From the NCBI GenBank assembly GCA_024643795.1, contig JAHEMF010000006.1:22112-86111 (forward strand): 64,000 bases of DNA. The letters run 5' to 3'. Source of the DNA: Bacteroidota bacterium. Its GTDB lineage: Bacteria; Bacteroidota; Bacteroidia; AKYH767-A; OLB10. Below, piece after piece: positions 39,104-50,643 of this stretch; within the stretch, counting starts at the first letter, position 1, and the number at the start of each line of letters is the position of its first letter. The notes below the pieces were generated by a model that saw only the letters and a list, made by a program, of their open reading frames with translations, had not been told where the DNA came from and did no database searches. Made by a program: the position numbers and the translations under genes.

Positions 39104-39795
39104 GTGGAACAGATGTAATTTTTTTTGATCTGGACCATACACTTTGGGATTTCGACAGAAATAGTCGTGAAACGCTTCATGAATTATTTATTGATTTTAA
39201 ATTATGGGATCAAGGTATTGGCGACCTTGAAGCCTTTATTAACGAATATATCCGTATCAACCATGAAATGTGGAATGGTTACCATACCGGAACTGTTCAG
39301 AAAAGTGAACTGCGCGTTGGAAGATTCATGAAAGCACTACAAACCCAAGGTGTATCTGATGATAAGTTGGCAAACAATATGTCTGAAGCATACCTGGAGA
39401 GGTGTCCGGACAAAAAACATTTATTTCCAGGAGCAACTGAAACTCTTAGTTACCTGCGTACCAAGTACTCATTACATCTCATCACAAATGGATTTAAAGA
39501 AACTCAATTTCGAAAACTGAATGGTTCGGGTTTGGCACACTATTTTGACGGAATTCATATTTCAGAGGTGGTTGGGTTTAACAAACCACACAAGGGTATA
39601 TTCGACCATGCCGTGCTATCTGCAAGTACATCTCCTTCAAAATGTGTGATGGTTGGTGATAACCTTGAAGCAGATATTAAAGGTGCTATGAACTCCGGAA
39701 TAAAGGCCATACTCTTTGATCCTGAAAACAAAAGTATTTCAGGATACGCACATACCACCATTAGTCATTTAGAACAACTTACGCTTATCCTATAA
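39100..39795 (+). CDS. HAD-IA family hydrolase (YjjG-like nucleotidase/phosphatase)
   Basis: Has the FFDLDHTLWDFD motif I plus downstream HAD motifs. Confidence 0.8.
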   Translation: MSGTDVIFFDLDHTLWDFDRNSRETLHELFIDFKLWDQGIGDLEAFINEYIRINHEMWNGYHTGTVQKSELRVGRFMKALQTQGVSDDKLANNMSEAYLERCPDKKHLFPGATETLSYLRTKYSLHLITNGFKETQFRKLNGSGLAHYFDGIHISEVVGFNKPHKGIFDHAVLSASTSPSKCVMVGDNLEADIKGAMNSGIKAILFDPENKSISGYAHTTISHLEQLTLIL

Positions 39796-39883
39796 TGCAA
39801 AAATCCCGGAGTTACCGGGATCTTTGCAGCAAGCGATGATTAAAAGATTAAACTTAATTCAACAATTATAAAGAACTATAAAA

Positions 39884-40192
39884 TTAATTTTCTTCGGACT
39901 TCATTTCATTGTTCATTTTACCGTGCCCTGCGCAAGCTGTTTTGCTTTTCTTTCCCTTTGAGCAGCAGCTTTTATTAGCCGACTTTTTACTATCACAGCA
40001 TGATTTTGATTTGGTTCCTTCTGGAGCCATTTTCATTTCGTAACCTACTTCTTCTGACTCAGTTGAAGATTTAGCTTTTACCTGAACGGCTTGTGTTTCA
40101 TCTGTTTTGGAAGTTTGCTTGGTAGATTGGGCTGAAGCCATTACAGTACTTGCAAGGAGGCCGGCAGCCACCAGAACTAATAATTTTCTCAT
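39884..40192 (-). CDS. Small secreted Lys/Ser/Cys-rich protein (…SKSCCDSKKSANKSCCSKGKKSKTACAGHG…)
   Basis: Has a signal peptide, and a C-terminal cluster of CC pairs, one further Cys and a His embedded in Lys-rich sequence. Confidence 0.45.
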   Translation of the reverse strand: MRKLLVLVAAGLLASTVMASAQSTKQTSKTDETQAVQVKAKSSTESEEVGYEMKMAPEGTKSKSCCDSKKSANKSCCSKGKKSKTACAGHGKMNNEMKSEEN

Positions 40193-40308
40193 AACTTATT
40201 GTTATTAAACATTTGTATTACACAATTATAGTAAATTCATCATTAAGTTTGGATGAATTTTTAACGCTGATGTCTCATTTTCATGGTTTCAATGTAATTT
40301 AATCGAAA

Positions 40309-41544
40309 ATGACAGGAAAAGAGAATTTGAAGATCGCCTTAGGTGCAATTCAGGCGCAGTTATTACGAACTGTACTTACCGCGTTAATAATTGCGATCGG
40401 AATTATGGCTCTTGTGGGTATTCTTACTGCTACTGATGCTATTGAGTCTTCTATTAGTTCCAACTTTTCAAGCATGGGTGCTAACTCATTCACTGTTAGG
40501 AATTCAGGTATGGGTATAAGAATTGGCAGAGAGGGAGTTAAGCCTAAGCGATACCAACGGATAACTTTTAATGAAGCCACCAGATTCAAACAGAGGTTGA
40601 ATTATCCTTCTATCATATCCATTTCAACATTTGCAACACAAATAGGAGTTGCTAAGTACCAGCAAATAGAAAGTAATCCTAACATAATGGTATTAGGAGC
40701 TGATGAAGAGTACCTCAATGTTTCAGGATATAAACTTAAAACAGGGCGTAACTTTTCTCATCAGGAATTAGACCTGGGTCAGGGAGTTGTTATCTTGGGG
40801 AGTGAAGTCGCCTCTTTGTTATTTGAAAGTGATCAGGAGGCGATAGATAAGATTATTGGAATAGGGATCAACAAGTATAGAGTGATCGGAGTGCTCGAAG
40901 AAAAAGGGTCCAGCATGGGTTTTGCAAACGATCGGATATGTATAGTACCCGTACAAAATGTAAAGGTCAGGTTTGGAGACCAAAACCGGAGTTATACAAT
41001 CACAGTTATGGTTACTGATGTTCTTGCTCTTGAAACGGCTTCAAGTGAAACCACCGGTTTATTCAGAGTGATTCGGGGCGACAGACCCGGAATGGAAAAT
41101 TCATTCGAAATTGTTAAAAGTGATAGTCTTGCTAATATATTGATAAGCCAACTTGATTATGTAACCATAGCAGCCACAATAATTGGAATCATAACGCTTT
41201 TAGGTGCAGCAATTGGACTCATGAACATCATGTTGGTTTCAGTAACCGAACGAACCAGGGAAATAGGGATAAGGAAAAGCACGGGTGCAAAACGATCTGA
41301 TATAAGAAATCAGTTTTTAACTGAAGCGATCCTTATATGCCAAATAGGTGGAATTGCCGGAATAATTTTAGGTATAACAATAGGTAACCTTATGGGGATG
41401 TCAATGAATGCAGCATTTGTAATTCCCTGGATCTGGATATTTTCAGGTGTTTTTCTATGTCTATTGGTAGGTGTCATTTCAGGTCTTTACCCTGCTGTTA
41501 AAGCTTCGAGGCTTGATCCTATAGAGGCACTCAGGTACGAGTGA
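40309..41544 (+). CDS. ABC transporter permease, FtsX/MacB-like
   Basis: Has an N-terminal TM, a periplasmic domain and a C-terminal three-TM FtsX domain (…[16 protein letters not shown]…). Confidence 0.8.
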   Translation: MTGKENLKIALGAIQAQLLRTVLTALIIAIGIMALVGILTATDAIESSISSNFSSMGANSFTVRNSGMGIRIGREGVKPKRYQRITFNEATRFKQRLNYPSIISISTFATQIGVAKYQQIESNPNIMVLGADEEYLNVSGYKLKTGRNFSHQELDLGQGVVILGSEVASLLFESDQEAIDKIIGIGINKYRVIGVLEEKGSSMGFANDRICIVPVQNVKVRFGDQNRSYTITVMVTDVLALETASSETTGLFRVIRGDRPGMENSFEIVKSDSLANILISQLDYVTIAATIIGIITLLGAAIGLMNIMLVSVTERTREIGIRKSTGAKRSDIRNQFLTEAILICQIGGIAGIILGITIGNLMGMSMNAAFVIPWIWIFSGVFLCLLVGVISGLYPAVKASRLDPIEALRYE

Positions 41545-41692
41545 TCTCATAAATAATTGATATTCAGCAAGATGTAAATTTATTTAAGTATTAGGTGATG
41601 TGAGTAAGATTTTAACTCCCTAATTGTCTGTTTCACATACATTTTGTACATTTGCCGTCCCTTAAAAGGAGTCTAATTAATTAAATAAAAGC

Positions 41693-42061
41693 ATGTTAAA
41701 ACAGTACGAAACGGTCTTTATCATGAATCCTGTATTATCGCAGGAGCAGGTAATTGACACGGTCGACAAATTCAGAAAAATCCTCACCGACAGCGGTACC
41801 GAAATTGTTCACGAGAACAACTGGGGATTGAGAAAGCTGGCTTACCCAATCCAGAAAAAAACTACGGGTTTCTATTATCTGATCGAGTTTAAATCATCAG
41901 GCGAACTGATTAATAAACTTGAGATTGAATTTAAAAGGGATGAAAGGATCATGCGATTCCTGACAATCCTGTTGGATAAGCACGCTGTTGCTTACAACGA
42001 AAAGAAAAGGAAAAATGCCACTATTAAAAAGGCAGAAGAAGAATCTTTAACTCAATCATGA
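41693..42061 (+). CDS. rpsF: 30S ribosomal protein S6
   Basis: Has the [13 protein letters not shown]… N-terminus. Confidence 0.9.
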   Translation: MLKQYETVFIMNPVLSQEQVIDTVDKFRKILTDSGTEIVHENNWGLRKLAYPIQKKTTGFYYLIEFKSSGELINKLEIEFKRDERIMRFLTILLDKHAVAYNEKKRKNATIKKAEEESLTQS

Positions 42062-42068
42062 TCAGAAA

Positions 42069-42332
42069 ATGGCTAACAACGAAGTAAGATATCTCAATCC
42101 TCCGGCAGTAGAGGTCAGTAAAAAGAAATACTGCAGATTCAAAAAGATTGGCATCAAGTACATTGATTACAAGGATGCCACATTTCTAACCAAGTTTGTA
42201 AACGATCAAGGTAAGCTATTGCCTCGCAGACTAACAGGAACATCACTGAAATTTCAGAGAAAAGTTTCTCAGGCTGTTAAGAGAGCTCGTCATCTTGCTT
42301 TGATGCCGTATGTTACAGATTTATTAAAGTAA
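42069..42332 (+). CDS. rpsR: 30S ribosomal protein S18
   Basis: Has the …[29 protein letters not shown] segment. Confidence 0.9.
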   Translation: MANNEVRYLNPPAVEVSKKKYCRFKKIGIKYIDYKDATFLTKFVNDQGKLLPRRLTGTSLKFQRKVSQAVKRARHLALMPYVTDLLK

Positions 42333-42344
42333 GGAGGTAAAGAA

Positions 42345-42791
42345 ATGGATATTATATTAAAACAAGACATCAAGAACCTTGGCTACGCACATGATGTGGT
42401 AAAAGTTCGTAATGGATATGGTTTGAACTACCTTATTCCTAAAGGATACGCGGTCATCGCTAATGAAGCCAATATTAAGATCAATGAAGAGGTCTTACGT
42501 CAAAGGGCACATAAGCTTGAAAAGCTTAAAGGTGATGCTGAATCTGCAAGATCAGCAATTGAAAATGTTGTGCTTACTATCACTGCCAAGGCTGGTGAGA
42601 ACGGTAAACTATTTGGTTCTGTAACCACACAGCAAATTGCTGATGTGTTGAAGAAAATGGGACATATTGTTGATAAGAAACAGATTTCAATCAAAGAAGA
42701 TCACATTAAAACTCTTGGTACTTATACAGCAGAGATCCAGCTTCACAGGGAGGTGACCTTCCCGGTTACTTTCGAAGTTGTGGCATCATAA
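42345..42791 (+). CDS. rplI: 50S ribosomal protein L9
   Basis: Has the MDIILKQDIKNLGY… N-terminus. It follows S6 and S18. Confidence 0.9.
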   Translation: MDIILKQDIKNLGYAHDVVKVRNGYGLNYLIPKGYAVIANEANIKINEEVLRQRAHKLEKLKGDAESARSAIENVVLTITAKAGENGKLFGSVTTQQIADVLKKMGHIVDKKQISIKEDHIKTLGTYTAEIQLHREVTFPVTFEVVAS

Positions 42792-42810
42792 TGTAAACGA
42801 GTTCAGATAA

Positions 42811-42846
42811 AAGGCAGCGCAAATAACAAGCGTTGCCTTTTTCATT
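42811..42846 (+). terminator. Rho-independent terminator after rplI
   Basis: A 10-bp stem AAGGCAGCGC/GCGTTGCCTT followed by a T-run. Confidence 0.55.
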
Positions 42847-42871
42847 TAAACTAAATAAGAAAAGGTAAATA

Positions 42872-43432
42872 ATGGCAAATACAGGTGATATCAATGTGGG
42901 TTCAGTTATCCGGTACAACGGTGAATTATGTCAGATCATAGAATATCAACACCGTACACCGGGTAATCTAAGAGCATTTTATCAGGCCAAGATGCGAAAC
43001 CTGAAAACCGGTAAGCTGGCAGAATGCAGGTTCAGAGCCGGAGAAGCTGTAGAATTGGCCAGAGTAGAATACAAGGAGTTACAGTTCATATTCAAGGAAG
43101 GAGATAATCTGGTGTTAATGGATAGTGAAACTTTTGACCAGGTGTATATTCCTGAGGAAATGTTTGGTTCAAGTGCTAAATTCCTCAAAGAAGAAATGGT
43201 TGTAAAGGTTGCATTTGAAAATGATAATCCTATTTTGGCTGAGCCCCCTACTTTTGTTGAGCTTGAGATAACCTATGCCGAACCTGGCGTTAAGGGGGAT
43301 ACAGCCACCAATACATTAAAGCCTGCTACTCTTGAAACAGGAGCAATTATCAACGTCCCGCTTTTTGTTAATCAGGGAGAAAAGATCAAGGTTGATACAC
43401 GCACCGAATCATATGTTGAGAGAGTAAAGTAA
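42872..43432 (+). CDS. efp: Elongation factor P
   Basis: A 186 aa protein with the KPGKG-equivalent region and an EF-P fold sequence. Confidence 0.9.
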   Translation: MANTGDINVGSVIRYNGELCQIIEYQHRTPGNLRAFYQAKMRNLKTGKLAECRFRAGEAVELARVEYKELQFIFKEGDNLVLMDSETFDQVYIPEEMFGSSAKFLKEEMVVKVAFENDNPILAEPPTFVELEITYAEPGVKGDTATNTLKPATLETGAIINVPLFVNQGEKIKVDTRTESYVERVK

Positions 43433-43501
43433 TACATAGAATTTATTGATGATAATAATAAAGTTTGCGTCTCGAATCCTTTTTTTGAAACCTCACGTAA
43501 T

Positions 43502-43906
43502 TTGAAGTATCTCACTTTTGCCTTGCTGTTACTGGTTCTTATTTCGTGTAACTATGAGAATAAACCAGGGAAGTACTATTACAGTGATCAACAATACGAT
43601 TCAAGTGAAGATATGGTAGATGTTGTTGACCCATACAATGATTCAGAGGTGCATGAGTTTTTAAATAATAAAGTGTTGAGCTATAAAAACTATAGATTAA
43701 CTATTGATGATTCATTGCATGCAGACTTAAAAAAGGATGGTAACAATATAAATAGTGGTTATTTTCAGATTAAGCCCTACATGTTAAGTGAAGAAAGAAT
43801 GCTGATTTTACATGATACTATAACTAACAAAGAAGTAAACTTCACATTATCAGAAAAAGGCAGACTGACAGATCGGTCGAGTTATATTATTTACTCCCCT
43901 GAATAA
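43502..43906 (+). CDS. Hypothetical lipoprotein
   Basis: Has a signal peptide with an LISC lipobox. Confidence 0.4.
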   Translation: MKYLTFALLLLVLISCNYENKPGKYYYSDQQYDSSEDMVDVVDPYNDSEVHEFLNNKVLSYKNYRLTIDDSLHADLKKDGNNINSGYFQIKPYMLSEERMLILHDTITNKEVNFTLSEKGRLTDRSSYIIYSPE

Positions 43907-43909
43907 GTA

Positions 43910-45718
43910 TCAGGCCATCACTTTCTTGGTCTGTCTTTTCCTTTCGTTCTCATCCAGATAGATTTTTCTGATACGAATTGATTTTGGAGTCAATTCAACA
44001 TACTCATCCCATTCAATATATTCAAGTGCTTCTTCCAGCGACATATCAATTCTGGGAGCGATCCGAACGTTGTCATCACTTCCTGCAGCTCGGAAATTTG
44101 TAAGTTGCTTTGCGCGGGTAATATTGATCACAAGGTCTCCTGGTCTGATATGTTCTCCAACCACCTGGCCTCCATACACCTCATCTCCGGGTGCTATGAA
44201 AAATCGTCCCCTATCCTGCATTTTATCAATGGCATAGGGTGTTGAAGTGCCTTTTTCCATGGATATCAACACTCCATTGATCCTTCCGGCTATTGTGCCC
44301 TTCCAAGGTTCATATGACTTGAATCGATGCGCCATGATAGCTTCACCGGCTGTTGCGGTAAGTATTTGATTTCTTAACCCTATAAGACCTCTGGCCGGGA
44401 TCTCAAATTCGAGATGTTGCATATCTCCTTTAGGCTCCATGATAAGCAGTTCGCCCTTCTTTTGAGTTACAAGTTCTATGACCTTGCCAGCAACAGATTC
44501 GGGGGTATCAATTGCCAATACTTCAACGGGCTCACATTTAGTGCCATTTATCTCCTTGGTAATAACTTTTGGTTGGCCAACCTGTAATTCATATCCTTCC
44601 CGGCGCATTGTTTCGATAAGAATAGATAAGTGTAGTATACCTCTGCCATAAACCAGATATGAATCAGGTGAGGATGTCTCTTCTACCCTCAAAGCCAGAT
44701 TCTTTTCAAGCTCTTTAAAAAGTCGTTCTCTTATATGCCTGGATGTTACGAACTTTCCTTCTTTACCAAAAAAAGGACTGTTGTTAATTGTGAAAAGCAT
44801 ATTCATTGTTGGCTCATCAACAGCTATAGGCTGAAGTTGTTCCGGAGTTTCTGCATCTGCAATTGTATCACCAATATCAAAATCTTCTATTCCGGTAATT
44901 GCACAAATGTCACCGGAAGGAACTTCTGTGGTCTTTGTTCTTCCTAGACCTTCAAAAACGAATAGCTCTCGAATCTTTGATTTGATCTTACTGCCATCTT
45001 TTTTCATTAATGTTACCGGCATATTCTCACGCAAGGTTCCTCTGGAAACCCTTCCAATTGCTATTCTTCCCAAAAAGGATGAATAATCTAAAGAAGTAAT
45101 AAGTAGCTGAGGTGTGCCCTCTCTTATCGGGGCAGGAGGAACCACATCAATAATTGTATCAAGCAAAGATGTTATATCAGAGGTTTCGTTCTTCCAGTCG
45201 GTTGACATCCAGCCGTGTTTTGATGAGCCGTAAAGTGTTGGGAAGTCTAACTGTTCTTCAGTAGCATCCAGATTAAAGAACAGATCAAATACCTGCTCAT
45301 GAACAATATCGGGTCTGCAATTTTCTTTATCAACCTTATTAATGACCAATATTGGTTTCAAACCTGCCTGAAGTGCCTTTTGAAGTACAAATCGCGTTTG
45401 AGGCATCGGTCCTTCAAATGCATCTACCAGAAGTAAAACACCATCAGCCATGGTAAGCACCCTTTCAACCTCACCGCCAAAATCTGCGTGGCCCGGCGTG
45501 TCAATTATATTGATCTTTACATCATTGTAAGTAACTGATACGTTCTTGGCAACAATGGTAATACCTCTTTCACGTTCAAGGTCATTGTTATCCAAAATTA
45601 ATTCGCCCATTTGCTGGTTATCTCTGAATAGTCTTGATTGATGTAATATTTTATCAACCAAAGTGGTTTTGCCATGGTCAACGTGCGCTATGATCGCAAT
45701 ATTTCTGATCGATTGCAT
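43910..45718 (-). CDS. typA: Translational GTPase TypA/BipA
   Basis: Has the [16 protein letters not shown]1 motif. The 602 aa length fits. Confidence 0.95.
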   Translation of the reverse strand: MQSIRNIAIIAHVDHGKTTLVDKILHQSRLFRDNQQMGELILDNNDLERERGITIVAKNVSVTYNDVKINIIDTPGHADFGGEVERVLTMADGVLLLVDAFEGPMPQTRFVLQKALQAGLKPILVINKVDKENCRPDIVHEQVFDLFFNLDATEEQLDFPTLYGSSKHGWMSTDWKNETSDITSLLDTIIDVVPPAPIREGTPQLLITSLDYSSFLGRIAIGRVSRGTLRENMPVTLMKKDGSKIKSKIRELFVFEGLGRTKTTEVPSGDICAITGIEDFDIGDTIADAETPEQLQPIAVDEPTMNMLFTINNSPFFGKEGKFVTSRHIRERLFKELEKNLALRVEETSSPDSYLVYGRGILHLSILIETMRREGYELQVGQPKVITKEINGTKCEPVEVLAIDTPESVAGKVIELVTQKKGELLIMEPKGDMQHLEFEIPARGLIGLRNQILTATAGEAIMAHRFKSYEPWKGTIAGRINGVLISMEKGTSTPYAIDKMQDRGRFFIAPGDEVYGGQVVGEHIRPGDLVINITRAKQLTNFRAAGSDDNVRIAPRIDMSLEEALEYIEWDEYVELTPKSIRIRKIYLDENERKRQTKKVMA

Positions 45719-45960
45719 TTCTTAAAATTGAAGCGCAAAGGTACGGCTTTATTGGTCATGATGTATCAAACCCATTTGCTGTTATTCATCAAACCAGCTT
45801 CAAATATAAAAGTTATAATAACTTGATAATCAGGTATATATAATAATACACTGATTTTATTTCCAGTTTGCTGTAATAATTGTGCAAATGTTGAATAGAT
45901 CACGGCACCATATATATTATCCGCTCATCTAATTATTAAATTTGTAACGAGCCAATTCTT

Positions 45961-46902
45961 ATGAAACTATCTCAGCCTGTCTTGTTGGAGGAATTAGCAC
46001 AACTGTGCAATTCCAAAATAATGGGTGATCCAAGGTCAATGGTCACGGGAATTAATGAAATTCATATGGTTGAGAAGGGTGATCTCACTTTTGTAGATCA
46101 TCCCAAGTATTATGAAAAAGCACTCAACTCAGCCGCTACGTTTATTATTATTAATAAGGAAGTCACACCACCTGAGGGTAAAGGATTGTTGATATCTGAT
46201 GATCCGTTCCGTGATTATGTGAAATTGGTGAAATATTATCGACCATTTGAAAGTGCTGGTAAAATGATCTCCGCTTCAAGTTCGATAGGAGAAAATACAC
46301 AACTTCAACCGGGAGTGTTTGTTGGAAACCATGTCAAAATTGGAAATAATTGTATCATTCATCCGGGAGTTGTAATATATGACCATTGCAAGGTTGGTGA
46401 TAATGTTATCATTCATGCAAATACGGTGATAGGAGCTGATGCTTTTTATTTTAAGCGCCGCCCATCTATGTATGATAAGATGGAGTCGTGTGGTGCAGTT
46501 ATAATTGAAGATAATGTTGAGATAGGAGCATCGTGTACTATTGATAAGGGTGTGTCAGGCAATACAATTATTGGGTGGGGCACTAAAATGGATAATCACA
46601 TACATGTTGGTCATGATACAGTAATAGGCAAAAATTGCCTGATTGCAGCACAGGCCGGAATTGCTGGTGTGGTAAAAATTGAGGATGATGTTATTATTTG
46701 GGGACAGGTCGGCGTTCAAAAGGATCTTGTGATAGGCAAAGGCGCAGTGATCTTCGGACAGTCCGGAGTTTCTAAATCTTTGAAGGGTGATGCAGAGTAT
46801 TTTGGTAGTCCTGCCCGGGAAGCCCGGGAAGCCATGAAAGATATTTTCAACTTACGTATGCTCCCAAGAATTCTTGAGGATTTTAAAAAAGATAAATCGT
46901 GA
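45961..46902 (+). CDS. lpxD: UDP-3-O-(3-hydroxyacyl)glucosamine N-acyltransferase
   Basis: Has left-handed β-helix hexapeptide repeats and an LpxD-type N-terminal domain. Confidence 0.8.
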   Translation: MKLSQPVLLEELAQLCNSKIMGDPRSMVTGINEIHMVEKGDLTFVDHPKYYEKALNSAATFIIINKEVTPPEGKGLLISDDPFRDYVKLVKYYRPFESAGKMISASSSIGENTQLQPGVFVGNHVKIGNNCIIHPGVVIYDHCKVGDNVIIHANTVIGADAFYFKRRPSMYDKMESCGAVIIEDNVEIGASCTIDKGVSGNTIIGWGTKMDNHIHVGHDTVIGKNCLIAAQAGIAGVVKIEDDVIIWGQVGVQKDLVIGKGAVIFGQSGVSKSLKGDAEYFGSPAREAREAMKDIFNLRMLPRILEDFKKDKS

Positions 46903-48128
46903 AGGAGATCACTAAACAATCAGACGGACAGGATCTGGAGTTGCAAAAACTTCAGTTGTATTGGCTATTGCAGATCACAAAGGCGATCAATTACAATATA
47001 CCGGCTTCCGGTTTGTATGAGATATATCAGAAAGTTACACGTGATCATTTGAAAATTGAATGTCTGTCACTCATTGTTAAGGGTGAAGTGTGGAAACAAG
47101 AGATCGGTTATGGATTGAGCTTGCCAATGGAACAAGATCATATCACGGAATACATTGAACATGCCGGACTCTTTGGAGATTTGGATGCTGAGCTGCCGGA
47201 GTGGTTAGGTCAATTTGATACAATCATCCCTGTACTGCATAAGGACAAGCCTCTTGCCTATGCTTTTATTGGAAAGCTTGACCATTCGGTTTTCCAAAAT
47301 CGAAGAGATGCGTCTTCTTTTTTACATACAATCACTAATGTTATCACCGTTGCAATTGAGAACAAGCGTTTAGTAAAAGAAAGCCTTCAGCAAGCTGCAG
47401 TGCAGCGTGAGCTTGAACTTGCTGCTCAAATGCAATCTATGCTTTTCCCTTCTGATCTTCATCTGAATGGGTTTATGGATATTGCAGCCACCTATATTCC
47501 ACATCAGCAGATAGGAGGAGACTACTATGATTTTATTAAGCTTAACGAAGATGAAGCCATATTATGCATGGCGGACGTCTCAGGTAAAGGTGTTTCTGCA
47601 GCGTTGTTGATGTCGAATTTTCAGGCTAACCTCCATGCACTTGTTAAGTATGAAAGTTCGCTGACCGAAATAGTTGATCAATTGAATGCATGTGTAAATA
47701 AGTCAGCAAAAGGTGAAAAATTCATCACCTTTTTTATTGCAAAAGTTAATCGCATCACCCGAGAGTTGATTTATATCAATGCAGGTCACCACCCCCCTGC
47801 AATTGTGATGAATAATAAGACTGAGTCACTTGATGTAGGTACTACCGGACTCGGAATGTTCGAGGAGTTGCCATTTTTAAATGAAGGAAAAGTTCATTTT
47901 CCTGCCGGCTCAATACTTTTTTTATATACTGACGGAATTCCTGAAATGGAAAATAATGAAGGACAAGCTTTTGGAAATGACTTGTTAATGAACCTGCTTA
48001 CAAACAACCTTAACATCGAAAGTATGAATCATTTGCACCACGCAATGATTGATGAGTTCAACAGGTTCAGGGAAGACAGGGATTTTACAGACGATGTAAC
48101 ATTTTTAAGCTGTAGACTTTTCCTGTAG
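46899..48128 (+). CDS. PP2C/SpoIIE-family serine phosphatase with an N-terminal sensor (GAF-like) region
   Basis: Has the DVSGKGVSAALLMS motif and a C-terminal TDG…D metal-binding pattern. Confidence 0.75.
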   Translation: MKEITKQSDGQDLELQKLQLYWLLQITKAINYNIPASGLYEIYQKVTRDHLKIECLSLIVKGEVWKQEIGYGLSLPMEQDHITEYIEHAGLFGDLDAELPEWLGQFDTIIPVLHKDKPLAYAFIGKLDHSVFQNRRDASSFLHTITNVITVAIENKRLVKESLQQAAVQRELELAAQMQSMLFPSDLHLNGFMDIAATYIPHQQIGGDYYDFIKLNEDEAILCMADVSGKGVSAALLMSNFQANLHALVKYESSLTEIVDQLNACVNKSAKGEKFITFFIAKVNRITRELIYINAGHHPPAIVMNNKTESLDVGTTGLGMFEELPFLNEGKVHFPAGSILFLYTDGIPEMENNEGQAFGNDLLMNLLTNNLNIESMNHLHHAMIDEFNRFREDRDFTDDVTFLSCRLFL

Positions 48129-49562
48129 TTTTTCAGATTTTGATCCATAAATATCCAGGGCGGTTATAATTGCAATAAATCCCCAGAACGGCAATGATGC
48201 TTTTTCGGTATCAAGAAAATTGTTCAACATGCCATGTACCCAGTAGGTCACCAATCCTAGCAGGAGGGCTTTAACTAAATTTCTTTGTCTGTTATCGATA
48301 CAGTTTATTATAAACTTTGACGCTGTCATAATAACAGCCACGCCTATGAGGATAAATAATACCGGTCCGGGTATTCCTTGTTCTGCCAAAGGACCAATAT
48401 ACTCACTATGGGCATTGCCACCTTCTCCAAAGTTTGTACTTATTATGGTTTTTTCATCGATCTTTTGAAACGGCGCATATTGAAACATATAGGTACCTGG
48501 TCCCCAGCCAAAAACAGGTTTTTGTGCAAACATTCTGAATGCCGAATTCCATCTGTTCAACCGTTCAACATTTGATGCATCTGTTGTGATATTGGAAGCG
48601 GACTGAATATGTGATGCATAGTCTGAGGATGATTCTTCATCATTTCGTTCCAACTCCATTGTAATAGTAGTTTGAAATGCGAGATAAAGTAAAATGATGC
48701 TAAAAAATCCAGTTATGACGACCCATGTTTTAACCCTGAACACAAGAACCAGATAACATAATAAAGCAGCAAGCAAACTAACCCAAGAAGCACGTGTATA
48801 GGATAAGATCAGGCTTATGATAAAAATAATCATCACAATTCCAGATGACCACCGCATTACTGAACTGTACCCTTTGTCGAAAGTGAACATGATCAAAAGA
48901 GGAAGATACATGGCTGCAGCTGCGGCATATGCTGTATGGTCATTATAAAATGGAACCATAGAAACATGTGCCGCTTTTTCTGTAAAACCAGCAGAAGCAT
49001 GGTTGAATATTGTAAAAGCTATTACGCCTGTGAATGCAATAATGTATAACCAGATAAATTTTCTCGCTTTGCTAAGATCTTTGAAAACTTGACTTCCCAA
49101 GTAAAAGAATACCATAACAAAGGAAAATCTTGCAACCGTCTGCTTGATAGATACAACAGGCATTGTACTTGTGAATGAAGTTATAAACATCCAAATCAAA
49201 TGAAGCATGATGGTTAAACTGATAGGATGGTACAAAAGCTTCTTATCAATCCCACCATCATGCAATAGCTTTAAAATGTATACTAACATGATCCCAAAAA
49301 TTATGGGTTCAGAAGGTAAGCTAACCCCAATACCCAGTCCTGTCTTTGCAAGGTTAATGGAAAATGGTGTGATCAGACCTGTGAACAGGAGCATCAGATC
49401 TAACCTGGTTAAAGAAGTAAAAACTAACAGGATAAGAATAGGAGCAATAAAAAAAAGCAACCATTCATTGGCTAGTGCTACCACTGAAAGTAATAGATAC
49501 GCGGAAACCAGACCATACAATAAGTATGGCTTGCTGTTTTCTATTGTGCCTTTAAGTGGCAT
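48105..49562 (-). CDS. O-antigen ligase / Wzy-family polymerase-like membrane protein
   Basis: Has about 11 TM helices, a Wzy_C-like SYTRASW motif and a periplasmic loop with GWGPGTY…NAHSEY. Confidence 0.65.
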   Translation of the reverse strand: MPLKGTIENSKPYLLYGLVSAYLLLSVVALANEWLLFFIAPILILLVFTSLTRLDLMLLFTGLITPFSINLAKTGLGIGVSLPSEPIIFGIMLVYILKLLHDGGIDKKLLYHPISLTIMLHLIWMFITSFTSTMPVVSIKQTVARFSFVMVFFYLGSQVFKDLSKARKFIWLYIIAFTGVIAFTIFNHASAGFTEKAAHVSMVPFYNDHTAYAAAAAMYLPLLIMFTFDKGYSSVMRWSSGIVMIIFIISLILSYTRASWVSLLAALLCYLVLVFRVKTWVVITGFFSIILLYLAFQTTITMELERNDEESSSDYASHIQSASNITTDASNVERLNRWNSAFRMFAQKPVFGWGPGTYMFQYAPFQKIDEKTIISTNFGEGGNAHSEYIGPLAEQGIPGPVLFILIGVAVIMTASKFIINCIDNRQRNLVKALLLGLVTYWVHGMLNNFLDTEKASLPFWGFIAIITALDIYGSKSEKLQEKSTA

Positions 49563-50543
49563 TTAATTGGCAGCATTAGTCCTGATAGACCTGAGTCTTT
49601 GGAAATTTTCAAAAATAATAACACTGATAAGGGTGAACAATAAGACTGAAACGGTGAATATAATAACGATAAGACTTCTTACAGGATAAGACTTCTTTTC
49701 AGCAGGGACAGGCTTGGTAACTATATTGCTGTAGGTTAACACTTTTGTCAGATCTTTTAAGGCGTCTTCGTATTGGAGTTTTACATCATTGTAGGTCCCT
49801 CGTATCCTCCATAAATGTTCTTTCAATGCCATAGCCTCGCCACCCTTCAGCTGCATGTTATGCATGATCTTATCCATTGGCCTGTTTCCGGAACCGGCAG
49901 CGCCATCCTTTACAGCCGTATAGTATATTCTGGAAAAAGAATTCATCTGTTCTTCAAAATCAAGTATACCATAATCCATTCTGATATCCTTAAGTGCATT
50001 TTCCATAGAATCCATTTGGAACTTATAGTAATCAAGTTGATTCTTGAAAATAACAACTACCTCCTGTGATTTTTCACGTTGCAAAGACCTTGCCTTCTGA
50101 TCATGTTTGGATATTATTGAATCCACAAGATTACTTGCAACTTTCGGATCCTTATCTTTTACAATAATCTGAACTGATTCAAACCTTGTTTTATCGATAG
50201 TTATATTTTCCTTAAAAATATTATGAAGAATGGTTAAAGGGTATTTTTGTGTACTGTCAACTTCATAATGTTGCATCAGACCAAAATCTTCAATCAACGC
50301 ATCTCGAATATCATTTGATTCGAATAACTGAAGCATTTGTTCTGTTGGTGATTCGGTAGAGTATGGAATTAGGTTCTGCGGGTAAACAATAGCTTCCGAC
50401 TTGAACATAGGTGTTATGAAGAATGAAGAAGAAAATACCACAGCCAGAATGATCGAAGCAATGGCAGTAATAAGGAAGAACTTCATATACTTTTGTGCAA
50501 TCCTTAAAAGGAATAAAGAGTCGAATCTGGGTTCTGTACTCAT
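49563..50543 (-). CDS. Wzz/GumC-like polysaccharide chain-length determinant
   Basis: Has an N-terminal TM plus …EAIVYPQN…, a coiled-coil region and a C-terminal TM. Confidence 0.55.
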   Translation of the reverse strand: MSTEPRFDSLFLLRIAQKYMKFFLITAIASIILAVVFSSSFFITPMFKSEAIVYPQNLIPYSTESPTEQMLQLFESNDIRDALIEDFGLMQHYEVDSTQKYPLTILHNIFKENITIDKTRFESVQIIVKDKDPKVASNLVDSIISKHDQKARSLQREKSQEVVVIFKNQLDYYKFQMDSMENALKDIRMDYGILDFEEQMNSFSRIYYTAVKDGAAGSGNRPMDKIMHNMQLKGGEAMALKEHLWRIRGTYNDVKLQYEDALKDLTKVLTYSNIVTKPVPAEKKSYPVRSLIVIIFTVSVLLFTLISVIIFENFQRLRSIRTNAAN

Positions 50544-50643
50544 AAATATCTGTTTCTAACTAATTAATTTACAGCCGCCAAAAGTAGCAGTTTTCCTTTT
50601 TGCAGCTTATTTATAAAGGTGAAGAATTCATTTATATTGATAA

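Noticed and set aside
46899-48128. PP2C phosphatase as part of a partner-switching or defence module
   Set aside because: No anti-sigma factor, antagonist or kinase genes are adjacent. The flanks are lpxD and a polysaccharide locus.
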